Shown here one piece after another: positions 1 through 9,557 of a stretch of 64,000 bases of DNA. Within the stretch, counting starts at the first letter, position 1, and each line of letters begins with the position of its first letter. The stretch comes from an uncultured Nitrososphaerota archaeon (GTDB lineage Archaea; Thermoproteota; Nitrososphaeria; Nitrososphaerales; Gagatemarchaeaceae). The stretch spans positions 352,001 through 416,000 of the forward strand of contig CAVRAG010000008.1 of assembly GCA_963718895.1 (NCBI GenBank), given 5' to 3'. Below the pieces are notes generated by a model that had not been told where the DNA came from, did not search any database, and saw nothing but the letters and a program-made list of their open reading frames with translations. The position numbers and the translations under genes are program-made.

Positions 1-2
1 TT

Positions 3-281
3 GACCTCTTCTACTCGACCCTCGCAGCCTACGGCGTGGTCGCCATCGCCCAGATCCCCGTGACGATAGGCGGGGCCGGAGTCACCGAGCTCACGATGAA
101 GACCTACCTCACCACCGTCTACGGCTTCTCTTCGTGGGCGCCGATCGTGCTGTGGCGCATCGCGACGTATCAGGTCATGCTGGCCGTGACGGGCATCGTC
201 TTCCTGTTCTTCATGCGCAAGGCCACCGCGCAGTCACGAGCGGCGTCTCCGAAGATCGCATTGGAGGCAGTGCCGGCATGA
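3..281 (+). CDS. Lysylphosphatidylglycerol synthase TM / flippase-like membrane protein, 5' partial
   Basis: Frame is open from the window edge; C-terminal IPVTIGGAGVTE...LWRIATY pattern is typical of the UPF0104 family. Confidence 0.7.
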   Translation, partial: DLFYSTLAAYGVVAIAQIPVTIGGAGVTELTMKTYLTTVYGFSSWAPIVLWRIATYQVMLAVTGIVFLFFMRKATAQSRAASPKIALEAVPA

Positions 282-766
282 CCGCGACCGGGGCAGAGAG
301 GGACGTTATGAAGCTCGAGGCAAGGTATCCCATAGTGAAGACCTTCAGGTTCGCCATCGCGGGCGCCCTCGGCTTCGGGGTCACCGAGGCCGTGCTGACC
401 ATCGGCCTCCTGCTCATCTATGGGAGGTTGACCGTACCTCACGCTAACTATTCCTCGGTCGAACTCCTCAGCCTGGACGTCCTGTCTCTGGTGATCGGCG
501 TCTCCGCGTCCTTCTTCATCAACGAACGGATAACGGTCAACGTGAAGGAAGTTGCGACGGAGGCGAGGAGCAGGCTGGGCAGGTTCCTGAAGTTCCAGGC
601 CGTGAGCGGGGTGGGGAACACGGGCATCGTCATGGTCCAGCTCCTTCTCCTGTCCGCGATTGTGCTTTCGCCCCTCCTGGGTACAATCGTCGGCGCGGTG
701 GTCACCTATCCGGTCGTCTACTTCATCTCGATCAAGTACGTATGGAAAGGACATCACGTTAGATAG
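278..766 (+). CDS. GtrA-like membrane protein
   Basis: ATG at 278 overlaps the upstream stop (ATGA); FRFAIAGALG, SFFINERIT and RFLKFQAVS motifs; four hydrophobic segments. Confidence 0.75.
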   Translation: MTATGAERDVMKLEARYPIVKTFRFAIAGALGFGVTEAVLTIGLLLIYGRLTVPHANYSSVELLSLDVLSLVIGVSASFFINERITVNVKEVATEARSRLGRFLKFQAVSGVGNTGIVMVQLLLLSAIVLSPLLGTIVGAVVTYPVVYFISIKYVWKGHHVR

Positions 767-788
767 GACTCAGGTATTGGTGAAATAG

Positions 789-1109
789 TTGTCAGCGAAT
801 TCGGGAAAGCAAGACTTTGCGGAGAACTTCAGGACCTCGGTTCACGGCGGGCTGGACAAAGTCCTGGGTCAGAGCGGGGCCGAGGCGGTCCTCATGCACA
901 TGAAGATGACCGACAACCTGCCTGATCCGGCCGAGTTTCACAAGAAGCTGCTCGCTCTCTTCGGGGAGAAGGGGACGCTCTCGCTGGAGAGGGCGATAGT
1001 CAAGGACCTGGCGATACGGCTCAGATGGTCGCTTGCCGTCCTGAACAAGGAAGACAGTTTCGACTTCAGCGCGACCATGCGCGCGATTGAGAAGGGAGTG
1101 AAAGCTTGA
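789..1109 (+). CDS. Small DUF3227-like helical protein (KaiC-associated type)
   Basis: LDKVLGQSGAEAVL...PAEFHKKLLALFGEKG..LERAI pattern; stop overlaps the ATPase start. Confidence 0.6.
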   Translation: MSANSGKQDFAENFRTSVHGGLDKVLGQSGAEAVLMHMKMTDNLPDPAEFHKKLLALFGEKGTLSLERAIVKDLAIRLRWSLAVLNKEDSFDFSATMRAIEKGVKA

Positions 1110-2539
1110 CAACCAGAAAGGAGCTGCCGCAGAATACTCCAGTCCAGCTGGAGCATCAGACAGGGACGACGGGTTCAGGGGCAGAGGACCTCATCGAGAC
1201 GAGGATCGCCTCGGTCCTCGGCCTGAAGCAGTTCATGCAGGGACCGATCCGGACGCTGCTCATCAAGGGGCTCGCGGGCACGGGAAAGACCACCGTCGCC
1301 CTGGAAATACTCAAGGCGGCGGGCAGGGGGAAGGGTGCGTACGTCTCCTCGCGGGTTCCATTAGACCTCCTGGAGACCCACATCCCCGCGATGAAGGACA
1401 CGCTGCGCAACCAAGAGTTCCTGGACATCAGGCTGGAGGACGCCGCGTCGGTGCTCGACCTCGTCATGCAGCTCACCGAGCCGAAGAAGTTCAGGACGAT
1501 AGTCTTCGACAGCTGGGACGGTCTTGCGAAGGAGCTCGACCAGAAGGAGAGGCTGCGGGCAGAGAAGACTCTGATGGCCCTGGCGCACAACTCGGGGGCC
1601 CAGCTCGTCTTCGTCAGCGAGGAGCCCGGCGCCACGACCATAGACTACCTTGTCGACGGCATACTCGAGCTGGTAACGGTCGAGGAGCAGGACCGCACGG
1701 TGCGCGAGTTCATCATACACAAGCTCCGAGGCACGAAGATCCCGCAACGCAAGTACATCTTCACGCTGCTGGACGGCAAGTTCACGTTCTTCGGACCCTA
1801 CTCAATCCCCGATTACACCAAGATGAGCAAGATCGCCCAGAGGCCCGACATCGGCGAGTCCTACTCCTTCGGGAGCGGCGCCCTGGACAGGCTCTTCGGA
1901 GGCATGATCCCGGGGAGCACGCTCTCGATCGAGTATGACGAGAACGTCCCTTACTCGGCCCTGCGGGCGATCGAGTACCCCCCAATAATCAACTTCCTCT
2001 CGAGGGGGAGGAGCGCCGTCCTCCTGCCGCTTCCTGGCGCGAACGACGAGATAATCAACTCGATCCTTGCCAAAGCGGTGGGGAAGAGCGTCGTGAACCA
2101 ACGGCTGCGCATCCTCAACATCTTGAGGACGAGCGACCTCAAGACGGCGAACCTGCCCAAGAACGTCACGCCCCAGGAGATCCACGAGATAGTCACCAAC
2201 GAGACCTCGGAGCTGCGAACGAGGTCGGTGGACAAGACGGTCCTTCTCGTGAAGTCGGTGAGCGCCCTCGAGAACCTCTTCGCCTCGGACCTGGACTCGC
2301 TGCTCGAGGTGACCTCCCAGGAGATCATCACTCTCCAGCAGTCCCACGACGCCCACATACTGTTCCTGCCCAAGGACTCGCCCATCAGGTCGCGCATCCT
2401 CTCGATGAGCTCCAGCTACGCGAAGCTCTTCGTAAGGGACGGGACGGTCCTGATGTTCGGAGTGAAGCCCCATACCGGCATCTACGCGCTCCAGCACCTC
2501 GAGGACCCGATCTCGCCGTCACTGACTCAGCTCGTCTGA
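1106..2539 (+). CDS. KaiC/RecA-superfamily ATPase, GvpD-like, with degenerate second domain
   Basis: Walker A GLAGTGKT, Walker B IVFDSWD, DYLVDGI and KLRG motifs; second domain (SFGSGALDRLFGG) lacks Walker A. Confidence 0.8.
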   Translation: MTTRKELPQNTPVQLEHQTGTTGSGAEDLIETRIASVLGLKQFMQGPIRTLLIKGLAGTGKTTVALEILKAAGRGKGAYVSSRVPLDLLETHIPAMKDTLRNQEFLDIRLEDAASVLDLVMQLTEPKKFRTIVFDSWDGLAKELDQKERLRAEKTLMALAHNSGAQLVFVSEEPGATTIDYLVDGILELVTVEEQDRTVREFIIHKLRGTKIPQRKYIFTLLDGKFTFFGPYSIPDYTKMSKIAQRPDIGESYSFGSGALDRLFGGMIPGSTLSIEYDENVPYSALRAIEYPPIINFLSRGRSAVLLPLPGANDEIINSILAKAVGKSVVNQRLRILNILRTSDLKTANLPKNVTPQEIHEIVTNETSELRTRSVDKTVLLVKSVSALENLFASDLDSLLEVTSQEIITLQQSHDAHILFLPKDSPIRSRILSMSSSYAKLFVRDGTVLMFGVKPHTGIYALQHLEDPISPSLTQLV

Positions 2540-2958
2540 TGAGCGCCGCGGACGGCATCGGAGGGCTGAGCGAACTCGTTCTCCTCCCACATGTCGTACG
2601 CCGCCGCGGACGAGGATGCCTGCGCGATTATCGTGACTCCCAGGACGAAGTGAAGGAAGACGATGAATTCCTTGAAGGGCACCCCGACTATCGACGCGTC
2701 GGTGAGATAAAGCGGGACGCCGAGGACCCCATCGAACACTGCTAGCTGAAATGTCGCCTTGGTGATCCGCTTGATCCTGTCGGGACACGGGGTCCTGCGA
2801 ATCCGAACGAAGATGAAGTACGCCATGGCGACCACGGCGAGGCCCAGGAGGACGTGCAGGTCGAGGTTCGCGGCGTATCCCAAGATCGGGAAGAGTGCGA
2901 TGACCATCTCGAGGAGGACGGCCCAGATGATCAAGTACATCAGAGCCCAGGTCTTCAT
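2527..2958 (-). CDS. Hypothetical 4-TM membrane protein
   Basis: Likely start MKTWALMYL; four hydrophobic helices, two containing His. Confidence 0.6.
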   Translation of the reverse strand: MKTWALMYLIIWAVLLEMVIALFPILGYAANLDLHVLLGLAVVAMAYFIFVRIRRTPCPDRIKRITKATFQLAVFDGVLGVPLYLTDASIVGVPFKEFIVFLHFVLGVTIIAQASSSAAAYDMWEENEFAQPSDAVRGAHQTS

Positions 2959-3103
2959 GCCATCCACTCGGGCCGGGAGCAGTAATAAGATGGGGACCCG
3001 TTTCTCAAGAGTGGGAATCGGAGCAGGGGTTCCCGCCAGGAGGGCAGCCGGAGTCCTTTGGAATCCATAAATAAGATACGAGGGCCACAACCAACAGGAA
3101 TCA

Positions 3104-3614
3104 ATGGTCACCACGAAAAGACCTCAGAAGGTCAGGCCCATACCGGCGGGCTTCCGTACAGTCACGCCCTACCTCTCGGTAGCAGGAGCTGCCAAAGCGA
3201 TCGCGTTCTACAAGAAGGCGTTCGGCGCCAAGGAGCTCATGCGGAACGCCGGACCTGACGGTTCCATAATGCACGCGCGGATCAAGGTCGGCGACTCGGT
3301 CATAATGCTCTCGGACCAGTACGGCGGTCCCGGCGAGGGGAGGCGCCAAGCAACCCACAGGCGGAGTGACGCTGCATGTGTACACGGAGGACGTGGACAG
3401 GATGTGGAAGAACGCCCTGGCGGCCGGGGCGAGCGTCGACATGCCGCTCGACAACCAGTTCTGGGGGGAGCGATACGGACAGCTGGTCGATCCCTTCGGC
3501 CACCGCTGGTCGATCTCGATGCAGGTCTCCATGACCAAGGAGGAGAAGGAGGCAAAGCAGAAAGCGGCGATGGCGATGTTCTCGGCCGGCGAACACCCCG
3601 GTCGAGAATCCTAG
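3104..3614 (+). CDS. VOC/glyoxalase (PhnB-like) protein, frameshift near 3340-3365
   Basis: TVTPYL...AIAFYKKAFGA in one frame, FWGERYGQLVDPFGHRW in the next. Confidence 0.85.
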
Positions 3615-3618
3615 ACAG

Positions 3619-4272
3619 TCACTTGATGGGCTGCCGGAGAATCGTCCTGAGCTTGGAGGGGGAGGCCCGCCTCGGGTCGCCGAGATAGACCTCGTGATGC
3701 CTTCCGTTGGGGGCGTAACCGTTCAGCGCCATGAATTCGCGGATCTTCTTGATCGTGGCCTGCTCCGCCGAGTACGGGCCGACATGCATCACCTGGGCGG
3801 AGAGGCCTTCGCCGAACCTCTCCAGCCGAAACGTGACGAGCGACTTATCCTTCTTCCCAATCTCGTCCCCAGCCGCCGCGACGACCTCGGGTGTCACCAC
3901 CTCAGGCTGCACAATCATCAGGGTCCATCGCCAGGTGTCCCTCGCCATTGAGTCGAAGCCGACGGAAGATCCTCCGCTCGACCACAGGCCTTCGAGCGCC
4001 GTGACGGGGAACTCGACCCTATCCCTCTTCTTGAGTCCGAACTTGATCGTGTAGGCAAGGCAATAGAGCGTCTGGACCGCGGTCTGGAAGGGCTGCGCGT
4101 TCGGGTCCCCGGCGCCGTCGACCATCAGGAAACTCATCTCCGGCACATCCACAACCTGCACGGCCTTGGACGAGGGAGTGAAGAGGAACTTGAGCTGCGC
4201 CTTCAGGTCGATCTTCACGGGTTTCAGAGGGGCCACCACCCTTCGGGAGCTCTCACCGCCCGATATAGCCAC
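3619..4272 (-). CDS. GyrI-like small-molecule-binding protein
   Basis: FLMVDGAGDPN, LEGLWS, HVGPYSAE and HHEVYLGDPRR motifs; start uncertain. Confidence 0.85.
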   Translation of the reverse strand: MAISGGESSRRVVAPLKPVKIDLKAQLKFLFTPSSKAVQVVDVPEMSFLMVDGAGDPNAQPFQTAVQTLYCLAYTIKFGLKKRDRVEFPVTALEGLWSSGGSSVGFDSMARDTWRWTLMIVQPEVVTPEVVAAAGDEIGKKDKSLVTFRLERFGEGLSAQVMHVGPYSAEQATIKKIREFMALNGYAPNGRHHEVYLGDPRRASPSKLRTILRQPIK

Positions 4273-4372
4273 CCGACACGATTCCCAACTTTGAAAACGC
4301 GAGCCAGCGATCTCTCGGAGTCATCTCGCCGGGGCGCTTTCGGGCCGGCGGCAAAACCTTACAGTCCGGCGA

Positions 4373-4609
4373 GTGAGCAGCCTAGGTGTGCTCATCAGGG
4401 TGCGGGTGACTCCGAACGCGAAGCGGGCCCGCGTGACCAAGGTCGCGGAGACCAGCTTCGAGGTTAAGGTCGACGCGAGGGCCGAAGACGGAAGGGCAAA
4501 TCGGCGTCTCCTTGAGATTCTTTCCGAGCACTTTGACGTTCCGAAATCTAAGGTCTCAATCGTGAGCGGGGTGAGATCGAGGGACAAGCTCCTGGACGTC
4601 TTGCTCTGA
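4373..4609 (+). CDS. DUF167 (YggU/UPF0235) protein
   Basis: VRVTPNAK...AEDGRAN...IVSGVRSRDK. Confidence 0.85.
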   Translation: MSSLGVLIRVRVTPNAKRARVTKVAETSFEVKVDARAEDGRANRRLLEILSEHFDVPKSKVSIVSGVRSRDKLLDVLL

Positions 4610-4858
4610 CGGCTCGACCTCCGCGAAGGCGGTTTGGGATGAGAGGGTCGAACAGGGATGGTGCCCCCCATCTGGAGCAGCTCTCCAATTCCAGGATTGC
4701 AGTGATCGTCCTTCTCGCCGGTGCTCTGTGCCTAAGTGTAGGAGAGACTGGCGAGTCCCCGCGATCCGGAACCTGACAATCAAGGGCCTGCGGTGGGCGA
4801 GCGACCCGGAGGCCATTGAGAAAGAGATAAGGGAGTCGTGCGGCAGACGTGGCTCTCT

Positions 4859-5524
4859 ATGAAGGTGGAGAGATGGGCCGAGGTCGACCGCTACATCAAT
4901 GACCTGCTCGCGCCTTCGGACGAGGCGCTGGACGCCGCCATCAAAGCCAGCAGAGCGGAGGGCCTGCCGCAGATCAACGTGACAGCGAACCAGGGCAAGA
5001 TGCTGCAGATACTGGCGCAACTTCAGGAAGCACGCGACATTCTGGAGATAGGCACACTCGGAGGCTACAGCACCATCTGGCTCGCCAGGGCGCTTCCATC
5101 TGACGGCCATCTGGTCTCGCTGGAGATTGACCAGAGGCATGCGGCGATTGCCCGCGCCAACATCTCCCGTGCGGGCCTGGACGGCGTCGTGGAGGTTCGT
5201 CTCGGGCGAGCCCTCGACACGCTCGCGGCCTTTGTGGCCGGGGGCCACAGGCCTTTCGACCTCATCTTCATCGACGCCGACAAGGTGAACCTGGCCGCGT
5301 ACTTCTCGTGGGCGCTCAAGCTCTCACACTCCGGTAGCCTGATGGTCGTGGACAACGTCGTTCGCGATGGTGAAGTCATAGATGAATCGAGCGCTGACCC
5401 CGATGTCCAGGGCGTTCGCCTGTTCAACGAGCGCCTTGCGGCCGAGCCTCGCGTGACCGCGACCGAGATCCAGACGGTCGGTAGCAAGGGATATGACGGG
5501 TTCGCTCTGGTCCTCGTCAAATAG
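4859..5524 (+). CDS. Class I O-methyltransferase (CCoAOMT-like)
   Basis: LEIGTLGGYS, FDLIFIDADK, VDNVVR and KGYDGF motifs. Confidence 0.9.
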   Translation: MKVERWAEVDRYINDLLAPSDEALDAAIKASRAEGLPQINVTANQGKMLQILAQLQEARDILEIGTLGGYSTIWLARALPSDGHLVSLEIDQRHAAIARANISRAGLDGVVEVRLGRALDTLAAFVAGGHRPFDLIFIDADKVNLAAYFSWALKLSHSGSLMVVDNVVRDGEVIDESSADPDVQGVRLFNERLAAEPRVTATEIQTVGSKGYDGFALVLVK

Positions 5525-5689
5525 GACAATCAGTGGGCCGGTCCAGGGGAACCTAGCGAGCTCTTGTCATGGTCTTCCTTGTCGCAACCCTCCAGCTCGC
5601 ATAGACGGAGGGCGTTTGGAATCTAGCGTGCAAGGCAGCGGAGCCGCGAGCGCGTCCAAGAGCGACGAGGTGGGAGTCAGGTCTTCGGC

Positions 5690-5815
5690 TCATCGAAGCT
5701 TTTTGACCTTGCGGTTCCTGCTCCGGTAGACGCGGTAGAGGATGTAGCCCATGCCAGCGGCGAGGAGCGCGTAGAGCACAAGCACGAGAAGGAGGAGAGG
5801 GTCGCCCGCGGCCAT
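5690..5815 (-). CDS. 41-aa single-TM small protein (not in ORF track)
   Basis: MAAGDPLLLLVLVLYALLAAGMGYILYRVYRSRNRKVKKLR*; TM helix plus basic tail; AT-rich TATA-like box about 25-30 nt upstream. Confidence 0.6.
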   Translation of the reverse strand: MAAGDPLLLLVLVLYALLAAGMGYILYRVYRSRNRKVKKLR

Positions 5816-6033
5816 TTTACTCGGGAACCGCCCTGAGATTATTTACGCTTTCTCAAGCCCGGGTCGAGGTCGCAACCGCTCGGCTAACTCCCGGAACTCG
5901 AATCGAGGCATGGGTGCGACCGAGGTCTCCGCAGAGGCCGCTTCGTTGCCAGAGCTTCGCCCGTCCCAGGGCCGACCGTCCCGGAGTCCCGACCAAGGCG
6001 ACTATACATACACGGGTCGACCACCCGAGATGG

Positions 6034-6636
6034 ATGAGGGAGAGACTCGTCATCGTCGGCTTTGGCGACTCCACCACCGCGGGGACGCCCGGGTTCCTTT
6101 CTCCCGTGGAAGCTCCTCCGAACGGGAGCGGCAACCCCGAGAGTCAGTACGGCTACTGGGTAGCGGCAGCCCGTCCGGGATGGAAGGTCGTCAACAGGGG
6201 GGTGAACGGGCAGCGGACGGACCAGATGCTCGCAAGGTTCGGCCGCGACGTCATCCTCGAGAAACCCGAAGTTGTCGTGGTGCTCGGAGGGGTGAACGAC
6301 ATCTATCAGGGGCGCGGACCCGATGTCGTCAGGGACAACCTGCAGATGATGTATGAGCGGGCAGAAGCTTCGGGGATCGTTGTCGTCGGCGCGTCGATTC
6401 TCCCGTACAACTCTGCTGGCCGGCGCGAGATCGAGGCTATCAGATTGGTGAACTCGTGGATCGAGGGGAGGTCCAAGAACTCCGTGATGCTCTTCTGTGA
6501 CACCAACAGAGCGGTCCGCGACCCTGCAGACCCTGACGCGCTCGGATCGACACCAGATGGACTCCACCCGGACGTCGACGGGTACAGGAAGATGGGCGAG
6601 GCCCTGGTGAAGACCCTCAGCGATGCCGGGTATTGA
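6034..6636 (+). CDS. SGNH/GDSL hydrolase
   Basis: GDSTT, NRGVNG, GGVND and DGLHP blocks. Confidence 0.9.
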   Translation: MRERLVIVGFGDSTTAGTPGFLSPVEAPPNGSGNPESQYGYWVAAARPGWKVVNRGVNGQRTDQMLARFGRDVILEKPEVVVVLGGVNDIYQGRGPDVVRDNLQMMYERAEASGIVVVGASILPYNSAGRREIEAIRLVNSWIEGRSKNSVMLFCDTNRAVRDPADPDALGSTPDGLHPDVDGYRKMGEALVKTLSDAGY

Positions 6637-6667
6637 GCCGCAGAGCTACTGACTAGCTCCGGATCTG

Positions 6668-7357
6668 TCAGATGGTCGCCGCGGGCTTCCGCCTCTTGGC
6701 GAGGTAGGCTGACACGGTCATCATCCACAGAAGGATTGAGGCGATCAGCGTCCTCTCGGTAATCCCCCCTATGCGCGAGGCGAGGTGAGGCAAGACGAAA
6801 GGGAGCCCAAACAGGAGCGCAAGAAACAGGACAGCGACCGCTGCCACCGGCAGGGCTAGTTTCTTGACGGGGCGCATCGCGGGATCCTCACCGAACTGAA
6901 GAGAGAGAAGGAGGACACCTAGGGCCCCGCCCACGAAGGCGAGGAAGGCCACGACGAGGTGGATCTCACCGTGCCAGGAGATCGGGGTCGCAGGGACGTC
7001 CGTCGGGAACACCGCCAGCAGCAACGCCCCGACGCCCCAGAGGCCGACCAATAGGATGCCTCTCCGGTATCTGGCGATCTCGGCCCCCACGGCTTGAGTC
7101 CTGACGAAGGCGTAAAGGAAGGCGAGCGAAAGCAGGCCTCGGTTGACGAAGTTCAGGGCCATGATGTACCCGTAGGGTCCGACGGCGAGGTCGCTCTCGG
7201 CCGTGTTGACCGGGTTGTAGTGGGGTGGCAGCAACTGCGCTACGATGTCCAGCAGAAGGTAGAGGATGACCGCCACATCGACCGCAAGGAAGAGCCGCCG
7301 GGTGGCAGTCCCGGGCGAATCAACCCGAGGTCCCCCGGCCCCTGTTCCGCCGGTCAT
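6668..7357 (-). CDS. DUF998-like membrane protein
   Basis: ESDLAVGPYG, VFPTD and HGEIH motifs; start overlaps the PadR stop. Confidence 0.75.
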   Translation of the reverse strand: MTGGTGAGGPRVDSPGTATRRLFLAVDVAVILYLLLDIVAQLLPPHYNPVNTAESDLAVGPYGYIMALNFVNRGLLSLAFLYAFVRTQAVGAEIARYRRGILLVGLWGVGALLLAVFPTDVPATPISWHGEIHLVVAFLAFVGGALGVLLLSLQFGEDPAMRPVKKLALPVAAVAVLFLALLFGLPFVLPHLASRIGGITERTLIASILLWMMTVSAYLAKRRKPAATI

Positions 7358-7830
7358 TCTCGGGCCATCAGCCTCGCTACCTTCTCGCTCGCGTCGTCGA
7401 GCACCTTGGCGATCTCCGCCCGCCGTTCCGCGGACATATCGGGGAGAGAGATGAGTATCGTCCGCTCGAGTCTTGCAGCGCTCCTCCTCAGAGGGGACTC
7501 GTCCCCACGCATCGACCCGTCGACGTACTTCATCGTGGCGTCCAAATTCTCTTTGTTCCGATGGAGGAACTCCTTCCCGGTTGCCGTGATCGCGTAGACC
7601 GTCTTGCCGTTCTCGTGCGAACCCGCGACGTAGTCCTGGTCTTCCAGCCACTGGAGCGTCGGATAGACGACACCCGGGCTTGGCTCGTAGCCTCCCTCGA
7701 ACGAGGCGGCTATCTCCTTCGCGACCTCGTAGCCGTGCATCGGTCTAGACGAGAGGGTGTTCAATATCAGAAGCTTCGCGGTCCCTCTTCTGAGGGCGCG
7801 GCGCAACGCGACACCGGGCCTCGCGAACAT
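7354..7830 (-). CDS. PadR-family transcriptional regulator
   Basis: PMHGYEV, PSPGVVYPTLQWLED and YAITATG motifs. Confidence 0.9.
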   Translation of the reverse strand: MFARPGVALRRALRRGTAKLLILNTLSSRPMHGYEVAKEIAASFEGGYEPSPGVVYPTLQWLEDQDYVAGSHENGKTVYAITATGKEFLHRNKENLDATMKYVDGSMRGDESPLRRSAARLERTILISLPDMSAERRAEIAKVLDDASEKVARLMARE

Positions 7831-7839
7831 GTCTATGCC

Positions 7840-7868
7840 GATATATCGCGATACATCTTGTTATTTAA
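7840..7868 (-). promoter_or_regulatory. PadR promoter: TATA box plus 18-bp imperfect palindromic operator
   Basis: GATATATCGCGATACATC (7840-7857) lies between TTAAATAA (minus strand, 7861-7868) and the ATG at 7830. Confidence 0.65.
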
Positions 7869-7947
7869 CCCTTGGGAGGGAGCTCTTCCCGGTAGTCAGC
7901 GTTAAGAGCAAGGCCCGAACGAATGGGAAGGTGGGGCGGGCTCAGCG

Positions 7948-8733
7948 GTGAATTTGAAGGTGGTACGAGCGGTCAGGGACCTTGGAGTGAACAGGGGTGC
8001 GACGGGTCCCCACTTCATGGAGTGCGATGACGGCCTCACGTATCTGGTCAAGTTCTCGGGCGGCTCGAAGGTGGCCGTGAACGAGCTGGTGGGTCAGACT
8101 CTGGCTCGCTCCGTCGCGCTGCCGACACCGAACGGCGCCATCGTTGATGTGAGCGCCGAGGTCATCAATCACTCGAGCGACCTGCGCAACAGAGGGATCT
8201 CCCCCGGTCCCCACCAGGGCTCCGAGGTCATCACGAACTCGTCAGACCTCACTGAGCTGGAGAGACGACGGAGGCGGCTGGACGAGGAACTGGTCAACTG
8301 GGAGATCCTTCCCGGCACGATCTGCCTCGACAACTGGATCCTCACTGAGGACCGAGACAGGCTGGAGAACCATCTCCTTCAAGCGGTCCCGGGTGGGTTC
8401 AGATACTACATGGTCGACTTCACGCACTGCTTCACGGGCCCTAACTGGACAGCGGACTCTCTGGATCAAGGTGCCTTCCTGAGGGTGCTGATGCCCCTCG
8501 AACCACAGATCGCGTCCTCAGTGCGCGGGTTGCCTTCTCTCGAGTCGACCCTGAGAAGGATAGAGAACGTCCCAGATTCCCTGATCGAGGAGACGGTCTC
8601 GGCCATCCCTGGTGCCTGGGGCGTCACCGAGGACGAAAGCGCGACGCTCGTGGGATTCCTGAAGACACGCCGCGGGCTGCTGAGAAGCGTGCTGATCGGG
8701 AACTCTGGAACGTTCCCCAACTGGTCGGCCTGA
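7948..8733 (+). CDS. HipA-like (HipA_2 type) kinase
   Basis: GATGP loop, YLVKF, NELVG, DNWILTEDR..ENHL and VDFTHCF motifs. Confidence 0.75.
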   Translation: MNLKVVRAVRDLGVNRGATGPHFMECDDGLTYLVKFSGGSKVAVNELVGQTLARSVALPTPNGAIVDVSAEVINHSSDLRNRGISPGPHQGSEVITNSSDLTELERRRRRLDEELVNWEILPGTICLDNWILTEDRDRLENHLLQAVPGGFRYYMVDFTHCFTGPNWTADSLDQGAFLRVLMPLEPQIASSVRGLPSLESTLRRIENVPDSLIEETVSAIPGAWGVTEDESATLVGFLKTRRGLLRSVLIGNSGTFPNWSA

Positions 8734-8780
8734 AGAACCCCGGACCGAGAAGCCGCACCTGCCGAATAGTCCTGAACGGC

Positions 8781-9557
8781 TCACGTGCCCAGCGCCTGGA
8801 GATCGCCCGCGTCCCAAACGACCAGGTCTTCCACTATCCTCCTCCGCACGCTCTGTGTCCCGGTCATGGCTATTATCCTCTCGAGCATCTGCATCCTTAT
8901 CTCAGGAGGGACAATCTGCGCACCCATGGAGCGCTTAGCCTGCAGGCTTCTGAGAGCGTCGGCCACCGGGAGCGATATCGTCTCGTCCCTGATCCTCTCG
9001 AGCCGCCTCGGCGGGACCTTCGCCTTGAGCTCGAGCTCGTTCTGCCACATCCTGTGCTGTGTCCTGACAGGATAACGTTGCCTCGGATTCGCACCCGGGC
9101 CGGAAGTTCCGCCCACGTCGATCGGGGCGATGGTGCTCTGCGGACCCTGAGGAACTCTGAGAATCGAGACCACGGGACCCTTGGTCACGCGCGCCAGGCC
9201 CCGCATCACGAGGGACCAGTCGACGACGACGTGGAGGACGTGGATGATGATCGCGGCGTCGAAGGACTTGTCCCGGAGAGGCAGCCCGTAGGCGTCTCCG
9301 AGCAGGAGTCGCCCTAGGCCCTTCTCCCTCGCCTTCAGGAGCATCCTGCGCGAGACGTCGATCCCGGTGACCTCGAACCCCAGATCCAGGAGGGGTTTCG
9401 CGAACCTGCCGGTGCCTACGCCCACGTCGAGGACGGTCTTGCACCCCTCGAGCGACTTCGCCAGCGCGGCTATCTCGTCTGGAGTGGCGGATTCCCGCGT
9501 CGCGTCGTATTCGTCCGCCATGCTGTCGTACTCCGCTTCCAACCTGGATGATCCCAT
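8781..9557 (-). CDS. Class I SAM-dependent methyltransferase
   Basis: VLDVGVGTGRF, GIDVS and LPLRDKSFD motifs; ATG at 9557. Confidence 0.85.
   Translation of the reverse strand: MGSSRLEAEYDSMADEYDATRESATPDEIAALAKSLEGCKTVLDVGVGTGRFAKPLLDLGFEVTGIDVSRRMLLKAREKGLGRLLLGDAYGLPLRDKSFDAAIIIHVLHVVVDWSLVMRGLARVTKGPVVSILRVPQGPQSTIAPIDVGGTSGPGANPRQRYPVRTQHRMWQNELELKAKVPPRRLERIRDETISLPVADALRSLQAKRSMGAQIVPPEIRMQMLERIIAMTGTQSVRRRIVEDLVVWDAGDLQALGT

Noticed and set aside
1106-2539. Gas vesicle system
   Set aside because: Only a GvpD-like ATPase is present; there is no gvpA or other gvp gene in the window.
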